The translations under genes and the position numbers were made by a program. Below the pieces are notes generated by a model. It was not told the DNA's origin. It saw nothing but the letters and a program-made list of their open reading frames with translations, and did not search any database. From Pseudofulvimonas gallinarii (GTDB lineage: Bacteria > Pseudomonadota > Gammaproteobacteria > Xanthomonadales > UBA2363), in contig NZ_SMAF01000006.1 of the NCBI RefSeq assembly GCF_004343305.1, positions 127,501-191,500 on the forward strand: DNA of 64,000 nt, in the 5' to 3' direction. Numbering within the stretch: the stretch's first letter is position 1; each line of letters starts with the position of its first letter. Shown one piece after another: positions 58,516 through 64,000 of the stretch.

Positions 58516-60423
58516 TCAGCCAGCCGAGGCCTGGTCGCCGCCGCCCTTCAGCGACAGCAGCTTGGCGAGCAGGTCCTGCACCAGCGGGCTCTTCCCTGCG
58601 ACGCCTTCGATGGCCTTGCCGACCGACAGCGACTTCGCGAACGAATTGAAGAACTCGCCCTCGCCGCCGACGATGTCGATCTTCGCCTTGCTGAGCGCCG
58701 CGGCCAGCACTTCGGCCTGCTCGCGCGCGACTTCCTTGTTCGCGGAGATCGCCGCCATCGCCTGCTCGAAGGACTTCTCCAGCTGCATGCGGAACTCTTC
58801 GTGGCCGCGCGCCTGCTCGCTCATCGCGTCCATGGCGCCGAACTTGTCGGTCAGGCCCTGCGCCTCGGCGCGGAACTTCTCCAGCAGCACCTCGGCCTCG
58901 GACAAGCCGATCTCGCGGCCGGCCTTCGCCTGGGCCGAGCCCAGCTGTTCCTCGCCGCGCGCCTGTGCGACCAGCTTTTCCTCCATGACGCGGGCTTCGG
59001 CCAGGCCTTCCTTCTCCAGCGCCTGGGCGCTGACCTCGCGCACGCGCGCGTCGGCCAGGCCCGGCGCGGCGCGCTCGGCCTCGATGCCTTCGGCCAGCTT
59101 CTTCTTCGCCTCCGCCTGCTTGGCGGCCGCTTCCAGTTCGGCCTGGGCGATGACCGTGATTTCCACCGCCTTGTGCTTGGAGCGGGTCTCGTCGGCTTCG
59201 GCCTGCTTGACCTGCTTGACCAGTTCCTCCTCGGCCGCGGCCTGCGCCTCCAGGATGCGCACTTGCTTCTGGCGGTCGGCCTCGGAAACTTCGCGCACTT
59301 CCTTGATGCGTTCCTCTTCCTGGGCGACGGTCTTCTCGACCGCGACACGCTCGCGCACGACGTTGGCGATCAGCTTGCGCTGCTCTTCCAGCGCCTTCTC
59401 CTTCTCGATCCGCTGCAGTTCGACCTCGCGCTCACGGGCGACCACTTCCAGCTCGCGGGCGCGGGATACCTTCTCCATTTCGATGACGACGGCACGCTGG
59501 CGGTTCTGTTCGGCGACCTCGACTTCGCGCTTGCGGTTTTCCTCGCGGATGTCCAGCTGCTCCTGCGTGGCGATGCGCGCCTGCTCGGCCTTGAGGCGTT
59601 CCTCTTCCTTGACGCGCAGGGTTTCCGCTTCCTCGCGCGCGCGGATGGTGTCGATCTCGCGCTTCTGGCGCGCCTCGGCATCCGCCTGCTGGCGCTCCAG
59701 GGCCAGCATCGCTTCGCGCGTCTCGACGTTCTTCTTCTTGATCGCCAGCTCCTCGTTGCGCTCCAGCTCGTTGGTGATGACGTTCTGGGCCGCGGTCAGC
59801 TCGGTGATCTTGCGGATGCCTTCGGCATCGAGGATGTTGCTCGGATCCAGCGACGATTTCGGCGTCTGCTCGAGGTAGTCGATGGCGACGTCTTCCAGCA
59901 CGTAGCCGTTGAGGTCGTTGCCGATGACCTGGACGATGCGGTCGCGGAATTCCTGGCGGTTCTCGAACAGCTTCACGAAGTCGATCTGCTTGCCGACCGT
60001 CTTCAGCGCCTCGGAGAACTTGGCGTTGAACAGCTCGTTCACCGCCCCCTTGTCGGAGGCGCGATCGACGCCGATCGACTTGGCGACCTTGAGCACGTCC
60101 TCGGCGGTCTCGTTCACGCGCAGGTAGAAGGCGACCGTGATGTCGGCGCGCATGTTGTCGCGGCAGATCAGCCCGTCCTTGCCACGCCGGTCCACCTCCA
60201 GCGTGATCAGGGAGATCTTCATGAACTCCTTCTTGTAGATCACCGGATAGACCAGCGCGCCCGTGAAATGCACCTTGGGCGTGGAGGACATGTCGTTGAC
60301 GATCAGCGCCGTGCCCTGCGGGACCTTGATGTAGAAGGCCTTGAAGAGGGCGAAGAAGCCGATCAGGACCAGCAGCAGGATGCCGATACCGATCAGGAAC
60401 GGCATGAGGGTGGCAAGGCTCAT
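58516..60423 (-). CDS. flotillin-family SPFH/Band-7 protein (YqiK-like), 635 aa
   Basis: N-terminal TM LIGIGILLLVLIGFFALF; SPFH domain; long E/A/R/K-rich coiled-coil (the flotillin EA repeat region). Confidence 0.85.
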   Translation of the reverse strand: MSLATLMPFLIGIGILLLVLIGFFALFKAFYIKVPQGTALIVNDMSSTPKVHFTGALVYPVIYKKEFMKISLITLEVDRRGKDGLICRDNMRADITVAFYLRVNETAEDVLKVAKSIGVDRASDKGAVNELFNAKFSEALKTVGKQIDFVKLFENRQEFRDRIVQVIGNDLNGYVLEDVAIDYLEQTPKSSLDPSNILDAEGIRKITELTAAQNVITNELERNEELAIKKKNVETREAMLALERQQADAEARQKREIDTIRAREEAETLRVKEEERLKAEQARIATQEQLDIREENRKREVEVAEQNRQRAVVIEMEKVSRARELEVVAREREVELQRIEKEKALEEQRKLIANVVRERVAVEKTVAQEEERIKEVREVSEADRQKQVRILEAQAAAEEELVKQVKQAEADETRSKHKAVEITVIAQAELEAAAKQAEAKKKLAEGIEAERAAPGLADARVREVSAQALEKEGLAEARVMEEKLVAQARGEEQLGSAQAKAGREIGLSEAEVLLEKFRAEAQGLTDKFGAMDAMSEQARGHEEFRMQLEKSFEQAMAAISANKEVAREQAEVLAAALSKAKIDIVGGEGEFFNSFAKSLSVGKAIEGVAGKSPLVQDLLAKLLSLKGGGDQASAG

Positions 60424-60450
60424 CGAAGGTTCTCCCAGCAGTTTTTGGGG

Positions 60451-61083
60451 CTATTCGCCCTGGAAATCGGTGTCGAGGGCAACGCGCCATGCATTGTCCG
60501 GCGTGAGGTGTTCGAGCAGCACCACGCGGTCGCCGCGGCGGGGTGTCTCGCCCTCGCAGCGCACCTGTACGATCAGGCTGGCGCCGTTGTCCTCCAGTTC
60601 CGCCTGCCCGTGCGAGGCGGTGACTTCACCGGTGCGCACGATGGCGACGCGACCAAGCAGGCTGCGGTTCGGCGGCGGCGCCAGGCGGCGCTTCAGGCGC
60701 GTCAGTGGCCGCACCACGGCCGCCGTCATCGGCAGCGACAGGAACAGCGCCACCGGCAGCACGATCGCGCCCAGCGTGATGCGCAGCCAGTCCGGCAGGT
60801 GGTTGAGCAGCAGCAGGCCGGTGAAATAGCTCAGCACCCATGCAATGAAGATCAGGATGGTGAAGACCAGCGTGGTCGGAATGCCGCCCAGGCCGAACTT
60901 GACCAGGAAGCCGGCCAGGCCTTCCATGGCGCCGACGTCGCCGTCGATGACGCCGGCCAGCTCCAGCGGGTCGTCGCCGACCAGGCCCAGCGCCGCCAGC
61001 ATCCAGTAGGCGACGGCCACGGCCAGCAGCACGCTGAGGATCGCGGTGGGGAAACTCAGGGCGGTAAGGAGGAATTCCTGCAT
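60451..61083 (-). CDS. YqiJ/NfeD-like membrane protein with C-terminal OB-fold
   Basis: About 4 TM helices, then RVAIVRTGEVTASHGQAELEDNGASLIVQVRCEGE...GDRVVLLE (NfeD-type OB beta-barrel). Lies 27 bp upstream of the flotillin gene. Confidence 0.7.
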   Translation of the reverse strand: MQEFLLTALSFPTAILSVLLAVAVAYWMLAALGLVGDDPLELAGVIDGDVGAMEGLAGFLVKFGLGGIPTTLVFTILIFIAWVLSYFTGLLLLNHLPDWLRITLGAIVLPVALFLSLPMTAAVVRPLTRLKRRLAPPPNRSLLGRVAIVRTGEVTASHGQAELEDNGASLIVQVRCEGETPRRGDRVVLLEHLTPDNAWRVALDTDFQGE

Positions 61084-61477
61084 GGACAGCCTTCTTGTCG
61101 GGTCAGGGGTCCGGCGCGTCCGCGTCCGTCGGCGCAGCGTGCGTCGGCAGGGCGGATCACAGGGATTCCCAGCTTAGCGCAAGCCCGTGCGCCGTTTCCG
61201 GCGGTATCGTGCCAGCTTGGCACCTCTCAAGCGGAAAAAACGCGGCCACCGTGCCACGCCGGATCACGGGCGGATTCACACGCCGCTGCAGATGCCTCGC
61301 AGGCCCGCAAATGAACATATGCCGCCGGGTCCCGCCTGCCGCGTGATGCCCACTTTGCCCCATCCGCCTGCCACGACGCCTGGCACCCGGTCCAGCCAGG
61401 CCTGCCAGCCGCCCGTGCTTCCACAACGACGCGGCATCGTATGATCGTGCCGATGTGGGCGCGGATCAATAACGGCA

Positions 61478-62050
61478 ATGCGAAGCCAGCGGTCGCCATC
61501 GCGGTGGGTGGCGGTACTGCTGCTCGCCGCGCTGGCGAAAGGCGCCGGATGCCGCGCACGCACGGACGCGATGCTGCGTGGCGAACCCGGACTGATCCTG
61601 GCGGACTTTGCCGAAAGCTACGAGCTGCGGGCCGACGAGGGCTTCCGCATGCCCGAACTGATCGAGCCGGCCTCGATGCCGACGCTGGCACTGCCGTCGG
61701 CGCAGCAATCCATGAACGCCGACAATGCCCCGCAGACCTTCGTGTGTGTGGAGCTGGCGATTTCCGAAAACGGCGAAGTCATCGGGCAGGAGTTCTTCGA
61801 CGATGCCCGATACTGTCCCGCTGATCCTTCCGGATTGACCGACGCGCTCCAGCGCGCGGTGCTCGATGCGACCGCCGCGTGGCGCTTCCGCCCCGCTGCC
61901 TTCTGCACCGCCGATGCCATGGACCCGGACATCGATCCCTGCGGCGAGCCCGGCGCGGTCATCGAACCGGTCGGCGTGAAGCTCGCCTTCGTCTTCGCGT
62001 TCGAGGCCGAAGACGGGAATCTCGCCTCGACGGTGGTGCCTCTGGATTGA
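61478..62050 (+). CDS. secreted hypothetical protein (190 aa)
   Basis: First in-frame ATG after a stop. MRSQRSPSRWVAVLLLAALAKGAGC is a signal-like N-terminus. No strong RBS. Confidence 0.4.
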   Translation: MRSQRSPSRWVAVLLLAALAKGAGCRARTDAMLRGEPGLILADFAESYELRADEGFRMPELIEPASMPTLALPSAQQSMNADNAPQTFVCVELAISENGEVIGQEFFDDARYCPADPSGLTDALQRAVLDATAAWRFRPAAFCTADAMDPDIDPCGEPGAVIEPVGVKLAFVFAFEAEDGNLASTVVPLD

Positions 62051-62855
62051 CGCCGCGGCGGTTGGGACTCTGCCACGCATCGCTGTTTTTCCTTGCAGCC
62101 ATCGCGTCCGGCGCAACGAAGGGGCGCGGGCGTGCTTTTCCTTGAAGAGCCGTCGTTGTCTTGCGAGAAAAGCAGGAACGACGGGTTTCAATCGGTCGGT
62201 CGGGCGCGGCAGTGGCCTCTCGGTCGTTGCAGTTATTCTTGCCGCCCCCGGTCTTCCGGAGCGGTGTGTCCAGACGGGCAGCGATCAGCTCAGGTGCCCA
62301 TCACGCCGCGGCAGCACTGCGCCGCTTGATGGGCCACACGCTTCATGGCCACGACGGTTCCGACGGGAAGTTGAGCAAACCAGGCGGCAAAGCCCGCCCA
62401 CCTGACCGAGGGCGGCGCGTTGGGCCGCGAGGCGGCGCTGAACGGTCGTGACCATGTGGGTGGCGCCGGCAGGCAGCGCGGCAACGTCAGTACGGATCTT
62501 GCCTCAGTTTCGCGGGCGCGCCGTAACCGCCGATATCTCCGCGCCGAAGGCAAACCGGATGGGCCGCACACAGTGCATCCCGTCATGTTTCCAGCGCAAC
62601 CTCGGCGAACCTCGTCCAAAAGCCTGGGCTGCGCCTGCGCAGTGAACGACCCTGTTATGGCCGTGTCGTCGCGGTGATAATGCATAACACTGCACCCATG
62701 CCGGATAACACCAGCAACTCGCGGTATGGCAAAGCCGTCCGCGTCGTCAAATGACATTGATTCCCTTGGTGATTTTCTGATTGACGTCACCTGTCGCGGT
62801 CAGCTACAACAGGCGCTACACCCCACTTCGGGGTCGAATAGTAGTTAGGCAGCAA

Positions 62856-63332
62856 ATGAAGATTGCCCCCGTCCTCACAGTCTTTCTCCTGTTCTGTGCG
62901 TCCCTCGGGGATGCGCATGGCCGCGAGGAACGGGACGACACGCTGTGCGCTGAAGTTAAAGCGTTCTTGGCGTCCGTAAAACCTGACGCGACGCGCTCGG
63001 TCACCTTTCGAACGTTCTGGGGCGCCAGGGAAGAAGGAGACAACATCATCCTTGGCTCAAAGACCTGCGAGCACCACGACTACGATCCCGGAGAAAAGCT
63101 GTGTGCCTACCTGATTCAGGATAGTTCCACAGAGTTCGCAGGTTACAACGCCAAGCGCATCCTCAACTGCCTCACGCCAAGGCAGGGGATTGCGGCAGCC
63201 CTGGACATTCATAGCGGATCGTTCTCAATCACCTTTGGCTCGCCCAGCCGAGGCGCGTTAGTAGACCTAGAGCTGGCGCCAGACGAAGGTCGTGAAGAAA
63301 TGAAGCTTATCCTTAAGGCAGATGGCTACTAG
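62856..63332 (+). CDS. small secreted hypothetical protein in a low-GC cassette-like context (158 aa)
   Basis: Signal MKIAPVLTVFLLFCASLGDAHG. Local GC about 50% against about 68% in the rest of the window. ATG lies 6 nt after GTTAGGC (GTTRRRY core-site-like). Confidence 0.5.
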   Translation: MKIAPVLTVFLLFCASLGDAHGREERDDTLCAEVKAFLASVKPDATRSVTFRTFWGAREEGDNIILGSKTCEHHDYDPGEKLCAYLIQDSSTEFAGYNAKRILNCLTPRQGIAAALDIHSGSFSITFGSPSRGALVDLELAPDEGREEMKLILKADGY

Positions 63333-63338
63333 GCTGCT

Positions 63339-63398
63339 GCCTAACCATTCATTCAAGCCGACGTAGCTTCGCTACGCGGCTTAATTCAAGCGTTAGAC
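63339..63398 (+). repeat. attC-like (integron recombination site-like) 60-bp imperfect palindrome
   Basis: GCCTAAC (RYYYAAC) ... AAGCCG-a-CGTAGC-ttc-GCTACG-CGGCTT ... GTTAGAC (GTTRRRY). Outer 7-mers are near reverse complements. One unpaired base in the left arm (an extrahelical-base-like feature). Starts 7 nt after the stop of the preceding ORF. Confidence 0.45.
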
Positions 63399-63426
63399 CT
63401 CACTACAGACAACAGGAGAGTTCGAT

Positions 63427-63891
63427 ATGCGTAACATCCTCTTCGCACTTGTAGTTGTAGCTACTTCCGCAATGCCGAACACGTCTCAAGCATGTGACTG
63501 GACTACTGGTGCTCGCGAGCAGCACGTCTTTCTGTCCTGGGACGGTAAAGCGGTTACGGACTGGGTCGTTGCTTCTGACTCCATTAAAGCCGTCACTTTG
63601 CCCAACGGATTTGCTCTTGGCGTCAAGATCGAAGAGCCTGAACCGGAGAAGTACGTTGAGCTCTCAAACAAACTGCAGCATGTGCCGGAGACGGTAAAGA
63701 TCAGCTTGTTTGACCTAAGCAATGGCAAGCCCCGACCGTTGACACACACGTATGGTGGCACCAACTCTCTACAAGGCTACGGTGCGCAGGGCGGCGCAGA
63801 CCGGGTTGATGAGTTGGGCACCCCGGGAGTCTTACTCACCTTGCTCAAGCCAGTGTGCTCACAGCAGGGTGCTGTCGCTTCCGCGCGGTGA
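63427..63891 (+). CDS. small secreted hypothetical protein in a low-GC cassette-like context (154 aa)
   Basis: AGGAGAG RBS. Signal MRNILFALVVVATSAMPNTSQA. Low GC. Confidence 0.55.
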   Translation: MRNILFALVVVATSAMPNTSQACDWTTGAREQHVFLSWDGKAVTDWVVASDSIKAVTLPNGFALGVKIEEPEPEKYVELSNKLQHVPETVKISLFDLSNGKPRPLTHTYGGTNSLQGYGAQGGADRVDELGTPGVLLTLLKPVCSQQGAVASAR

Positions 63892-63892
63892 G

Positions 63893-64000
63893 GTCTAACA
63901 ATTCGTGTATGGACTCCCCCGTCAACCCCTGACGGCATCACGATGTGAAGCGCCAGCTTCACGGCTTTTGATTCTGCATTTTCCATCCTGCTGACGCTCT
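63893..64000 (+). repeat. second attC-like site (left end only; continues past window end)
   Basis: GTCTAAC (RYYYAAC) 2 nt after the ORF2 stop, followed by hairpins CCGTCA-acccc-TGACGG and GTGAAGC-gcca-GCTTCAC. No GTTRRRY end found before position 64000. Confidence 0.3.

Noticed and set aside
61217-61232. Sigma-54-like element TTGGCACCTCTCAAGC (GG-N10-GC spacing correct)
   Set aside because: The -12 region lacks the TTGC consensus (AAGC instead). It points at a gene start 246 bp away and no enhancer-binding protein gene is nearby. Likely chance match in GC-rich DNA.
62801-62850. A third attC upstream of cassette ORF1 (CCCC-acttc-GGGG hairpin followed by GTTAGGC)
   Set aside because: No convincing RYYYAAC inverse core partner within 60-120 bp upstream (GCTACAAC is only a loose match). 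Treated as an array boundary or degenerate site rather than a called feature.
62051-62855. intI remnant or attI upstream of the cassette-like ORFs (for example minus-strand ORF 62290-62790)
   Set aside because: The translation shows none of the tyrosine-recombinase boxes (RHTFAT-like box II, HxxR, catalytic Y region). The region stays GC-rich like the core genome. Absence of a remnant cannot be proven without a similarity search.

Overview
High-GC (about 68 to 70% GC) chromosomal window, gammaproteobacterial and probably Xanthomonadales-like, judged from gene content and order (ftsY/rsmD/coaD, mutY-yggX, rlmE-ftsH-folP, fabA-fabB). Coding density is high. Most long ORFs in the supplied track that overlap the genes called here on the opposite strand are high-GC antisense artefacts and were not called. 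The conserved core comprises mutY-yggX, ftsY divergent from rsmD-coaD, yfhL-ggt, a class III PHA synthase phaEC pair, GST, rlmI, fabA-fabB, rlmE-ftsH-folP, a PrpF-family gene, yeiE/yeiH, and a Rep/UvrD helicase. Accessory content of interest, in window order: (1) positions 1-10023, immediately 3' of tRNA-Phe(GAA): a minus-strand block of four tandem CSLREA-type parallel beta-helix secreted paralogs, then five small secreted proteins (an SH3b-like pair, a translationally coupled lipoprotein, and a two-repeat protein); no integrase seen. (2) A His-rich TonB-dependent receptor with a Zur-box-like palindrome, beside an EF-hand protein and a FecBCD-type ABC importer. (3) A fifth, divergent beta-helix protein beside a eukaryotic-type Ser/Thr kinase. 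(4) Three tandem secreted paralogs of unknown family at 39.3-41.3 kb. (5) A yqiJ(NfeD-like)-flotillin operon extended by a 1821-aa single-AAA+ (MoxR/dynein-type) giant protein; I consider this the most likely undescribed system. (6) The last 1.2 kb drops to about 50% GC and holds two small secreted ORFs separated by a 60-bp attC-like imperfect palindrome bounded by GCCTAAC and GTTAGAC. A second such site begins 2 nt after ORF2, which suggests an integron cassette array (a CALIN) running off the window end. Functional names come from motif recognition by eye; no database search was possible.
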